DNA of 64,000 nucleotides. Source: Parcubacteria group bacterium (lineage in GTDB: Bacteria; Patescibacteriota; Minisyncoccia; Moranbacterales; UBA11712). The first letter of the stretch is position 1. Each line of letters opens with the position of its first letter. Location: the NCBI GenBank assembly GCA_041659685.1, contig JBAZXV010000003.1, forward strand, positions 66,040-130,039. The letters run 5' to 3'. The position numbers and the translations under genes are program-made. The notes under the pieces were generated by a model that made no database searches, was not told the DNA's origin, and saw only the letters and a list, made by a program, of their open reading frames with translations. Of this stretch, positions 49,417 to 57,778 are shown one piece after another.

Positions 49417-50553
49417 TCACTCAACGATAAATTTTCCGCGGACCATTCCCATCCAACAGCTGAACGGAATCGGGCCTGCCTTTGTCGGCGTGAATTCAAT
49501 TACATTATCCCCTTTTTTTATGTCCTCAGCAATGCCAAATCCAGGAATGACGATCTTACTGGTGCATCCCGTCGCTTCGTCGCCATTTATTGAAAACCGG
49601 ACGGGAATGTTATTTTTTACCCGCAAAACGCTCGGTTCAAATCCGCGGCTTGTGATTTTCATTTCAATGTTTTGGGCGGCGCCAAACGAAGAAGAATCAT
49701 TCACTCCTTTGCTCATTTTTTGATTGGGGACCGGAATTTTTTCGGGAACATCATTTTTCACGCTCCATATCGCAAACCCGGAACTGAATGTGTAAACCGC
49801 AAAAAGAATGACCATTATTCCGGCGGCCTTGCTGACAAAAGCCATCTTCTCAAGCTTTGCCAGCGAAGTGGCGGCGCCGAGAGCGAGAAGCACCGGCATT
49901 GTCCCCAACGCGAACGCAGACATGGCGAAAGCTCCCGCCAAAAAGCTTCCTGACGCCAGCGCAAATATTTGCATGCTCTGTGTAAACCCGCAAGGAAGAA
50001 AAAAAGTGATCCCTCCGAGAAAATACGGCGCCGTTTTGTGTTCCGATTCTTCCAGTTTTCCCCAGTACCTCACCAGAAATTTCGGCATTCTTATTCCCAA
50101 AGAGGAAATCGGCGGAACAAAGCCTAAAATATTAAGTCCCAGCCACGCCATGACAACCGCGATCAGTGTTGTATACGCCGAAATAAAATTGCCGCCCAGA
50201 TTCAGTTTTCCTCCAAAAAGGCCCAGGAGGCCGCCCAAAACAAAAAACGTCAGGATTCTTCCGACGTGAAATTTCAGGTTTGGCTGGAGTGCGCCGGACC
50301 AAACGCTATTTTTTTCGCTGCTTTTATATTTTTCCGAAAAAGCCACCACTATGCCTCCTGCGACCACAAGACATGAAGAAAACGAGGCGGCAATGCCGAT
50401 TAAAAACGAGATTCCAAGTGATATTCTGTCTCCGTATGCCCCAATGCCCCCAAACCATCCTGATAATTGGATGGCTCTATATAAAATTAGGACGGCAATG
50501 ACCGTTAAAAAGGCTTTCAGCCAATCCATCCGCCCGTTATTTGGGTTTTCCAT
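49417..50553 (-). CDS. DsbD_2/TauE-like membrane protein fused to a C-terminal cupredoxin-like domain
   Basis: SSC...GG, GR..T, LPCGF, FALGT.P; C-terminal FSCWMGM.RG. Confidence 0.88.
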   Translation of the reverse strand: MENPNNGRMDWLKAFLTVIAVLILYRAIQLSGWFGGIGAYGDRISLGISFLIGIAASFSSCLVVAGGIVVAFSEKYKSSEKNSVWSGALQPNLKFHVGRILTFFVLGGLLGLFGGKLNLGGNFISAYTTLIAVVMAWLGLNILGFVPPISSLGIRMPKFLVRYWGKLEESEHKTAPYFLGGITFFLPCGFTQSMQIFALASGSFLAGAFAMSAFALGTMPVLLALGAATSLAKLEKMAFVSKAAGIMVILFAVYTFSSGFAIWSVKNDVPEKIPVPNQKMSKGVNDSSSFGAAQNIEMKITSRGFEPSVLRVKNNIPVRFSINGDEATGCTSKIVIPGFGIAEDIKKGDNVIEFTPTKAGPIPFSCWMGMVRGKFIVE

Positions 50554-50617
50554 AAAATGATTATTCGTTTCATATTCATACGCATTTTTCCGGAATAATC
50601 ATTCTGTGGTCCATACT

Positions 50618-51313
50618 TTATTGTTGCGGCTCAAAGCATTTATTCGAATCGGGTAATTTTTCCGCCAGTCTGACTATCAGCTCCGAAACGCGTTCCGGCG
50701 GAATTCCGTCTCTCCGCCCGGTGACTTCAAGCTGCAAATCCGTGTCAACCGCCCCCGGGCAAACCGCGTAGACTTTAATGCCGAATTTCCGGAGCTCATC
50801 CGACATCGATTCTGAAAAACCCCTCACCGCAAATTTTGTCGCCGAGTAAGTCGAAAATTCCGCGATGCCGTATTCTCCCGCCTGGGACGACATATTGATT
50901 ATCACCCCCGATTTCTGCTTAAGCATATATTTCAGCGCCGCCTTCGTTCCAAAAAGCACTCCCTTCACGTTCGTGTCAACGATGTCATTTATTGATTTGA
51001 CTGCCTCATCGTGAAAATATCCCTCCCAGGCAATCCCCGCATTATTAATCATCACGTCTATCCGGCCGAATTTCTTTACGGCCGCCTCGACGAATTTTTC
51101 CATCTCCAAATGATTCCGCACATCCGCAATCATCGCAAAAAATTCTCCGCGTCCCTTTAGTTCTTTTTCGGCCTTCGACAAATTATTCTTATGGAGCGAA
51201 CAAATCGCAACTTTAGCTCCCTCCCTGAGAAAGGCCTTCGCGTCGGAAAAACCTATGCCGCGCGACCCGCCCGTTATCGCGACAACCTTTCCCACAATAT
51301 TTTTTTTCGGCAT
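50618..51313 (-). CDS. Short-chain dehydrogenase/reductase
   Basis: TGGSRGIG, NNAGI, YSATK, CPG.VDT. Confidence 0.95.
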   Translation of the reverse strand: MPKKNIVGKVVAITGGSRGIGFSDAKAFLREGAKVAICSLHKNNLSKAEKELKGRGEFFAMIADVRNHLEMEKFVEAAVKKFGRIDVMINNAGIAWEGYFHDEAVKSINDIVDTNVKGVLFGTKAALKYMLKQKSGVIINMSSQAGEYGIAEFSTYSATKFAVRGFSESMSDELRKFGIKVYAVCPGAVDTDLQLEVTGRRDGIPPERVSELIVRLAEKLPDSNKCFEPQQ

Positions 51314-51343
51314 GGTTTTCGGTTAATGACAAACAATCCTCCC

Positions 51344-51541
51344 CTATTTCCTGTGAAGCGGAAAATAAGACTCTTTGGCGCCGCTGCGAATTTTTTTGGG
51401 AAGTTTGATCGGCTTTTCCGCCTCCTCATGGATTTTTTCGGGCAAATCCGCTCCTTCCTCGCGCTCGATGTCCTCAAGCGGATCATATGAATGCGCCATT
51501 TCTTTGGGGCTTTCGGGAAAATATTTTTTCTTGCGTTTCAT
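51344..51541 (-). CDS. Small hypothetical protein
   Basis: Charged 65-aa ORF directly upstream of the SDR gene. Confidence 0.4.
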   Translation of the reverse strand: MKRKKKYFPESPKEMAHSYDPLEDIEREEGADLPEKIHEEAEKPIKLPKKIRSGAKESYFPLHRK

Positions 51542-51686
51542 GAATATTATTACAAACGCCGGCAAATAATAATTGCGCCGGATGTCGTTTCTCGAAAAGG
51601 AATTTCCTGCAACAAAAAATTGGCTTTTATGTAATATTAATTACATCAACGGCAAACCGAATCGTGACTGCCTAAGGAAACAAAAA

Positions 51687-51983
51687 ATGAATAACATCGA
51701 AAGTGAAAAATCTTGGGGAGAAATAGGCCGGGGAATTATATCCAGTCTGATTAATCTTGCAGAGGGCTACGCCGATAACTTCATTAGGAGACAGCGGGAG
51801 AAAATGATTCGGAAAATATTTTCTTTCCTGTTATTTTTTTCAGCGGCGCTCTTTATCCTGAATGGGATTGCGATACTAATAAACGAAATTTTATGTCTGA
51901 GGCAATGGGCCGGTTATGTTCTCATCGGATTGGGCCTTCTTGTTGTCGGCCTTTTGATTCCGAAATCAGACAATTACGGATAA
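51687..51983 (+). CDS. Two-TM membrane protein (YqjE/holin-III-like)
   Basis: Amphipathic N-terminus and two TM helices; AAGGA SD; adjacent to a DUF883-like gene. Confidence 0.6.
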   Translation: MNNIESEKSWGEIGRGIISSLINLAEGYADNFIRRQREKMIRKIFSFLLFFSAALFILNGIAILINEILCLRQWAGYVLIGLGLLVVGLLIPKSDNYG

Positions 51984-52006
51984 GTTTAACTATTTATTAT
52001 AATAAT

Positions 52007-52261
52007 ATGAATTATGTGGACACGGAAAAATTAAGAAGCGACATCGTTAACGGAGTGGACGCGGCTCTCGGCAAGCTGGAATACCAGTACGAAAAATTAA
52101 GCGAAAGAACAGCCGAGGCAAAAGAAAAAACACAAAGGTTCATCAGAGAAAACCCGGAAAAAGCCGTTCTGATTGCGGCCGGTGTCGGAGCCATAGCCGC
52201 CATTATCACACTGAAAATCATGAAAAGAAGAATGATGCGAATAGACAGTTCATGCTGCTAA
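52007..52261 (+). CDS. DUF883 (ElaB/YqjD-like) protein
   Basis: FIRENPEKAVLIAAGVG C-terminal anchor motif. Confidence 0.8.
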   Translation: MNYVDTEKLRSDIVNGVDAALGKLEYQYEKLSERTAEAKEKTQRFIRENPEKAVLIAAGVGAIAAIITLKIMKRRMMRIDSSCC

Positions 52262-52425
52262 TCTAAAGCACGGCGACATTTGCCCTAAAAAAAGGGCGTG
52301 TGCCCGAAAAACAATTCCATCTCAGTTTTCATTTTCAATAATTTTGAAGCTGTCCGACGGATAATGCGACATTTCAGGGCGCAATTGATATTTTCTTGAC
52401 AGTGAATGATGATAATAATAATGAA

Positions 52426-52605
52426 GAGCCTTAAGAAGCTCTGGTTTCGCCGCCTCGGCTGCCTGTGGGGGAGTTGGCTGGGCGCAAAAACCAAAATTTC
52501 TTCTTAAGGCTCGTATGGTGGGGCCAGGCTATGGAAGTTACCCCCGTTCCCCCCTAGCTTACTATCCATCAGCCGCTCGGCCGAAATTAAGCGTTTCTTG
52601 GCCCC
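52426..52605 (+). ncRNA. Candidate structured ncRNA/leader (two domains)
   Basis: 13-bp perfect stem GAGCCTTAAGAAG/CTTCTTAAGGCTC (52426-52512); 9-bp stem GGGGCCAGG/CTTGGCCCC (52520-52605); TTGACA at 52396. Confidence 0.55.
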
Positions 52606-52707
52606 GTGTACAATTGTTATACAATGCAAGCAATTATAAATTTCTTTTCTTTTTACGATAATATATGAATGCTAGAAGCCGGTCGTTTTATGGAGTATAC
52701 TTGACTC

Positions 52708-53532
52708 ATGGCATATTTTTGGCAGCATATTCCCGAACACCTCAATCCGGTTGCTTTCCTGGCCGGGCCGGTCCAAATTTCCTGGTACGGAATAATGTAC
52801 GCAGTCGCGTTTACTATCGTTTATTATTTGGTTCGCTACCGGATCCGAACGGAAAAATTATCCGTTTCCTTTGAGACTGTCCAGGATTTTTTTCCATGGG
52901 CAATCCTGGGAATGCTTTTGGGAGCGAGACTGGGGGATGTTTTTATTTATGATTGGAGTTATTTCTCTTCGCGCCCCCTCAATATTTTTCTCCCCTTTGA
53001 CGCATACGATCATTGGCAGTATATCGGGATTTACGGGATGTCCTATTTCGGAGGATTAATCGGTCTTGTTATAACTTTTTACTTTTTTTGCAGAATAAAA
53101 AGAATCAGTCTGCTGGAGTTTAGTGATTTATTCGCACCCGGCATCCCCCTTGCTTTCACTTTCGGCCGGCTGGGAAACTTCATCAACGGCGAACTTTGGG
53201 GACGCGCAACGACAAAATTTTGGGGAATGTATTTTCCAGCCGACTTCACCGGCGAACTCCGTCACCCGTCGCAGATTTACGAAGCGCTCCTGGAAGGATT
53301 ATTGCTTTTCTTTATTTTGTGGCCGCTCCGAAAAAAAAGATTTCAATCGGGATATCTTACCGCTTTCTATTTGACAGGTTATTCTGCCGCCCGCTTCACC
53401 ACCGAGTTTTTCCGCCAGCCTGACAATGACTGGTTCATCGGCCCGTTGACGATCGGCCAAATATTTTCCCTGCTGCTTCTTCTCGGAGCAGGCGTTATCC
53501 TGGTTTTGAAATATCATGGCAAGAGAAAATGA
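52708..53532 (+). CDS. lgt: Prolipoprotein diacylglyceryl transferase
   Basis: WYG.MY, GARLG, GMSYFGG, GRLGNFINGELWGR, RHPSQIYE, RF..EFFR.PD. Confidence 0.96.
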   Translation: MAYFWQHIPEHLNPVAFLAGPVQISWYGIMYAVAFTIVYYLVRYRIRTEKLSVSFETVQDFFPWAILGMLLGARLGDVFIYDWSYFSSRPLNIFLPFDAYDHWQYIGIYGMSYFGGLIGLVITFYFFCRIKRISLLEFSDLFAPGIPLAFTFGRLGNFINGELWGRATTKFWGMYFPADFTGELRHPSQIYEALLEGLLLFFILWPLRKKRFQSGYLTAFYLTGYSAARFTTEFFRQPDNDWFIGPLTIGQIFSLLLLLGAGVILVLKYHGKRK

Positions 53533-53680
53533 AGCTCCCCGATCTTGCCTGCCTCGCCAGCAAACAGGCGCATAGGGTCTCCCTCCGCGCCTCCGAGCAA
53601 GCGAAATTACAAAAACAGAAAAGGATTTATTTTACCCAATCCCGCCGAGGCGGGATGGTTTTTTGCAAAGGGAGATGAAA
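53529..53680 (+). mobile_element. Palindromic non-autonomous element (IS200/IS605-like PATE/MITE), longer copy
   Basis: Same ends as 22080-22150; subterminal hairpin ATCCCGCC-GA-GGCGGGAT (8-bp arms); the left end overlaps the lgt TGA. Confidence 0.6.
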
Positions 53681-54077
53681 TGGCATCATAAAATTATTCG
53701 CGCTGCGAAATATTCCGAACGCGGGCAGCCGACACGAAACAATTCTCCTCAAAAATAGCCAGTTTAAAGGGCTATTTTTTTATTCCGCCGATAATTTTTC
53801 GGCGGCTCTTTTTGAAATATATTGAAAAGTCGATTGTAACAGGTGTTAACAAAAGAAAAATCTTTACGTGTGGAGGGAAATTTCCGGTATGCGCGAAATA
53901 ATTCTGCTTATTGCGAACGATTTTTCTTGAGTTTCGAGAATGAATGTTCTCGGACAAAGCCGCAACAATCTCCTGATCGCAAATCGGGAATATCAAATGC
54001 ATGAACGGCTTTGGTTGAACATTAACAATTAATTGTCATCCGGCCGATCAGGCCGCTAATAGGGGGAGACGGCAATT

Positions 54078-54749
54078 ATGGCCTCAAAAAAAGAAATCCG
54101 GTTGCTACGGTCATTGCTTTTATTAATCGGAATAATTTTTACCGCGTCATCATGCGTCAGCATGAATAGCACCCCTCAACATCCGATCCAGCAGAGTATC
54201 CGCGTGGACGGGGATCTCCAGCCAAAGCAAGTCAAGATCTCAAACTTCGGAAATATTCAGGAAACTGGCGTGACTGCTTTTTCGAGCAACTATCGCCAAT
54301 TTTCCAGGAAAATCAAGAAAGGCAACAAAACTGAAGAAACAAACTACTGGGAGCCGATCAAATGGCAAGGCATGAACAATCTGGCTCCTGACACAAAAAA
54401 ACTGAAGTTCTCTCTTATTGTAGAAAATCCGTTTTTCAGGACTTATCGACTTGTCAAAATTATCGACATCGAGGGCCAAAAGCGGGAAGAGGAAGTTCTG
54501 ATATTTCCGAGCGGCCAGAAAGAAAGCTTCGCGGACATTCAGGAAATGTACAACATAGAGTGTCCGGTCGTAGCCGACAAGTCGATCAGGATTACCATCA
54601 GGTTGGACCTTCTGGAGGGCTCCGGAATACCGGGGATGAATAGTCTGACGGTTTCCGAACTCTCATACAGGATAGGTAGCGCTGGAAATCTCTCCGATCA
54701 GAGAATCTCCAAGAAAGCGCAAAAAGGGGGTGTTCACCCGGAAAACTGA
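54078..54749 (+). CDS. Predicted lipoprotein, unknown function
   Basis: Signal peptide ending ASSC; GGGGGAG SD. Confidence 0.7.
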   Translation: MASKKEIRLLRSLLLLIGIIFTASSCVSMNSTPQHPIQQSIRVDGDLQPKQVKISNFGNIQETGVTAFSSNYRQFSRKIKKGNKTEETNYWEPIKWQGMNNLAPDTKKLKFSLIVENPFFRTYRLVKIIDIEGQKREEEVLIFPSGQKESFADIQEMYNIECPVVADKSIRITIRLDLLEGSGIPGMNSLTVSELSYRIGSAGNLSDQRISKKAQKGGVHPEN

Positions 54750-54844
54750 AAAAGGAATTAGGGGTTTAAATGCGGGAAATCATCGGAGTTGATTACAAAC
54801 CACATTTCATTTAACACTTCGCTTCACATCTAAGGAGATCGAGT

Positions 54845-55465
54845 ATGAGACGGAAAGTTTTCGCGGCCTTCATGGCCCTGGCTATCGTGTTTGCCCTGAG
54901 TTCTTTGGCAATGGCCAATTGGGATCCGCCTGCGCCCGTTTATAACGACGGCACCGCCGACGTCAAGATTGACCAGGTTCAGGGCGCTGCGGGCGTGGCC
55001 GGTTTGGTGGTTGACGTCACGAGTGAAAAGGGCCATGTGTTCAAGACCACCGACTCCACTTCCGTTTCCGGCAGTGGCGCCTTTGGCCTGAACGACTTTA
55101 ACAGCGTCGACGGATCAAGCTGTTTCAGCAAAGATGGCTGCTTCAAGGAAGGCGTGGTCGGCGTTGGTCACTTTGACTTCAACTACGACAAAGTCCACAC
55201 CTGCGGCACTGTGTACGTTGACAATAAGACCATTGCCAACGTGTACCAGAACACCAGCTCCATGAACAGCAGCCTGATCGCCAGCGCTTCCGCCTGTCAG
55301 CTGCCGGTGACGGCCAATGCCAGCCAATCCCAGACCTTCACCCAGAACGTGGTGAACGCCGTGATCCCGAACCCGAATGCCGGTTGGGGCCAGCCTGCGA
55401 CCCTGGGCACCGTCAACAGCGGCTATGTCGGCAACACTGCCGCCAGCGTAAAGATCGGCAACTAA
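54845..55465 (+). CDS. Secreted beta-rich protein, unknown function
   Basis: Sec signal ending AMA; rich in V/N/S/G/T; AAGGAG SD; third codon positions strongly C-biased. Confidence 0.8.
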   Translation: MRRKVFAAFMALAIVFALSSLAMANWDPPAPVYNDGTADVKIDQVQGAAGVAGLVVDVTSEKGHVFKTTDSTSVSGSGAFGLNDFNSVDGSSCFSKDGCFKEGVVGVGHFDFNYDKVHTCGTVYVDNKTIANVYQNTSSMNSSLIASASACQLPVTANASQSQTFTQNVVNAVIPNPNAGWGQPATLGTVNSGYVGNTAASVKIGN

Positions 55466-55578
55466 CAACATAGCTCCTGGAAGTATCTACAGGACTTAAT
55501 CAACCGGCCCGGTCGCGGAAAAAGAGGCACGTCCTCCGATCCGCTTCCGGGCCCGTTATATATTAGGAGATCGGACGC

Positions 55579-56634
55579 ATGAATAAAAAATCGGGTCTTA
55601 TCCCCATACTGCTGAGTGCGGTTCTGACGGTATTCCTGGCGTATTCTGCCCAAGCTCAGACTGTCCAAACCAATACCGCTTCTCAGAACACTAACCTCAA
55701 TCAAGTTGTTCTGCCCGGGGGCACCGGATACGGCGGAACAACAAACAACACTGCAACCGACCCCGCTGGAGGCACTGTCGCTTCCAATCCTCAGAAGTAT
55801 CCACGGACGTGGTTTAATCCGATGAACCTTCCAGGGGTTTCCGGTCCGATCTATTATGGCGGTCCGGTGCGATATGGAAAAGAACTTCTGGATGTTGGCA
55901 TCCTCATCCGTTTCAAACCGGTTTGGGATCCTGCCTTCTCTCAAAAATTCGCCGGCCGGCCGGGTAAGACGAATGTTTCTGAATCTATTCCGACGCCGAA
56001 AGACGCCCGATCCGGCACTTCAGTCACGATGACTCTGCATCAGCCGCAAAGCCCGAAGAAGCTCAGGGATTTCAATCGTTCCTTTGAGCTCGTCGACTGC
56101 TATTCAGTTGACGGGCAAGACGGCGCCGACAGTCCAAAGCTGCTGGGCATGGCGGCTGAAAAAGCGAGCAAGGTTAATGCCGACATTGGCATTGTCGTGA
56201 ACCAGGGGGCGAATTTTGAGCTCTCCGGCAAAGACAGCCAGCAAGTCATCGGATTTTCTCCGAGTCTCATGGGAGGAGGAGCCGGATCGGTTGCAGGAGG
56301 CGCGTTGGGGTTTGCCTTAGGTTGGGCTCAGCACAAGGCAAAGTACTTAACCCAACCATTCCTCGTGGTTTTGCTTTTTAAGAGCACGGGGGTTCCATAT
56401 GACTGGCGGGAGGAGGAGCAAAAAACTCAACCCAAACCGGTTCCTGCAGTGCCGCCTTCGTCCTACAATGGCGATAATAATAACCATGAGGCAGGCGCGG
56501 CGCAGGAGCCAGCAAACCAAGTGCATGGAGCGAAAACCGCGAAAGGGACAAAAGACGTCCCTCCTCCCAAAGGGGAGAAACTCCCCTACAAGAGACCGGC
56601 ACCCTCGCTTCTGATCGAGCAGCAGCCCAGGTGA
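55579..56634 (+). CDS. Secreted protein with a Gly-zipper segment, unknown function
   Basis: Signal ending AQA; N/T/Q-rich N-terminus; GGGAGSVAGGALGFALG; Pro-rich tail. Confidence 0.75.
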   Translation: MNKKSGLIPILLSAVLTVFLAYSAQAQTVQTNTASQNTNLNQVVLPGGTGYGGTTNNTATDPAGGTVASNPQKYPRTWFNPMNLPGVSGPIYYGGPVRYGKELLDVGILIRFKPVWDPAFSQKFAGRPGKTNVSESIPTPKDARSGTSVTMTLHQPQSPKKLRDFNRSFELVDCYSVDGQDGADSPKLLGMAAEKASKVNADIGIVVNQGANFELSGKDSQQVIGFSPSLMGGGAGSVAGGALGFALGWAQHKAKYLTQPFLVVLLFKSTGVPYDWREEEQKTQPKPVPAVPPSSYNGDNNNHEAGAAQEPANQVHGAKTAKGTKDVPPPKGEKLPYKRPAPSLLIEQQPR

Positions 56635-56697
56635 TCTCCAAAAAAAGAAAATCTGGACAAAGCTTGTGTCGGAAAGCAGTCCGGCCAGGCATACCAC

Positions 56698-56731
56698 AGG
56701 AGGCGCAACCGCGAGTTACGCCTCCTTTTCC
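56698..56731 (+). terminator. Intrinsic terminator closing the 54078-56634 cluster
   Basis: AGGAGGCG.AAC/GTT.CGCCTCCT stem plus TTTT. Confidence 0.8.
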
Positions 56732-57067
56732 AATATAAACACAGAACTACTAATGTTTTTCAGCTTTAAAATACATCCGCTCAAACGGAATATTTTTCAT
56801 AAGATTGCGGAGGAGAACCAGAGAGTTGACTCGTCAATTCCAGAAATAATCTGGGAACTCGATTGTATTATTTGTCAAAGATACGCAAAAAAGCGCTTAG
56901 GCATAATTTATTCTCCATTATTTTTTACTTTTGCTTTGCCGACAGCCGCAGAAAGAATCGCCTGCTGTTCAGTAAAGCAAAGGTCGAAAAATTACTTCTT
57001 TCCGAAAATGTTTTCTGAAGGAGGGAAGGAAAGTTAATCCAGTGAATTTGAAAGGGGGTGAGAAAAC

Positions 57068-57631
57068 ATGAAAAAGATAATTGTATCGTCAATTGTTGGT
57101 TTAGCGCTTGTTGCGGCGATATCGCCGGCGATGGCCAGAGTCAATTTCCATACGCCTTCGATGCCGAACAATCATAATAATTGCTGCGCCAATAATGATC
57201 CATGCTGCCCGGAAGTGAAGATTGACAGCTATAACAACGCAATGATAAAAAATTCCGTTTTAGCGGTCAGCAACACGGGACTAAATGGAGTAATAGACCC
57301 GGAAGATAATGATTCTTATCACAACAATAATAATCATAATTCTTTCAACTGGCCCAATAGTTCGGACGATCCAGGGTCAATTACCACAAAAGACGCCACG
57401 GCAGTTAACGGAGTCGAGAACGACGTTAATTCGATCCACGAAATCGCCATGCCGACATCGGGAACTCTCGACATAAAGACTGTAAACTCTGCATACGTCG
57501 ACAATAAAGTCGGAGCGGTAGCAAATTCCGGCGCAAATCTAATCATTAAATCGGGCACCATAAGCACCGGCGGAGCTGGCGCCCAGAACTCAGTAGTAAA
57601 CATGGTCCAATCAGGAATCACGGTTTACTAG
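57068..57631 (+). CDS. Small secreted protein with two N-x-V-x-A-x-x-N-T/S-G-x-N...I-x-T-x-x-A repeats
   Basis: Signal ending AMA; Asn-rich; repeats shared with the downstream large protein; AAAGGGGGTGA SD. Confidence 0.8.
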   Translation: MKKIIVSSIVGLALVAAISPAMARVNFHTPSMPNNHNNCCANNDPCCPEVKIDSYNNAMIKNSVLAVSNTGLNGVIDPEDNDSYHNNNNHNSFNWPNSSDDPGSITTKDATAVNGVENDVNSIHEIAMPTSGTLDIKTVNSAYVDNKVGAVANSGANLIIKSGTISTGGAGAQNSVVNMVQSGITVY

Positions 57632-57778
57632 CCACTTTACGGAGAAAACTGGAGGGCAAAGCCTTCTTCAGAATGTTCCGAACAAGGACAGCCCTTCAGT
57701 TAATCCGTATAATTTGAAATTTTTACTTATAAATCCAAGATCGTGAAGATTATTTCCGGAAAAAATAAAGTTATAAAA

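Noticed and set aside
52516-52605. tRNA on the minus strand (GGGGCCA...TGGCCCCACCA)
   Set aside because: No T-arm TTCRA, D-arm or 7-nt anticodon loop; G-U pairs favour the plus strand.
56666-57037. 123-aa ORF
   Set aside because: It crosses a strong terminator and the probable promoter region of the 57068 gene; GTG start without SD; no motif.
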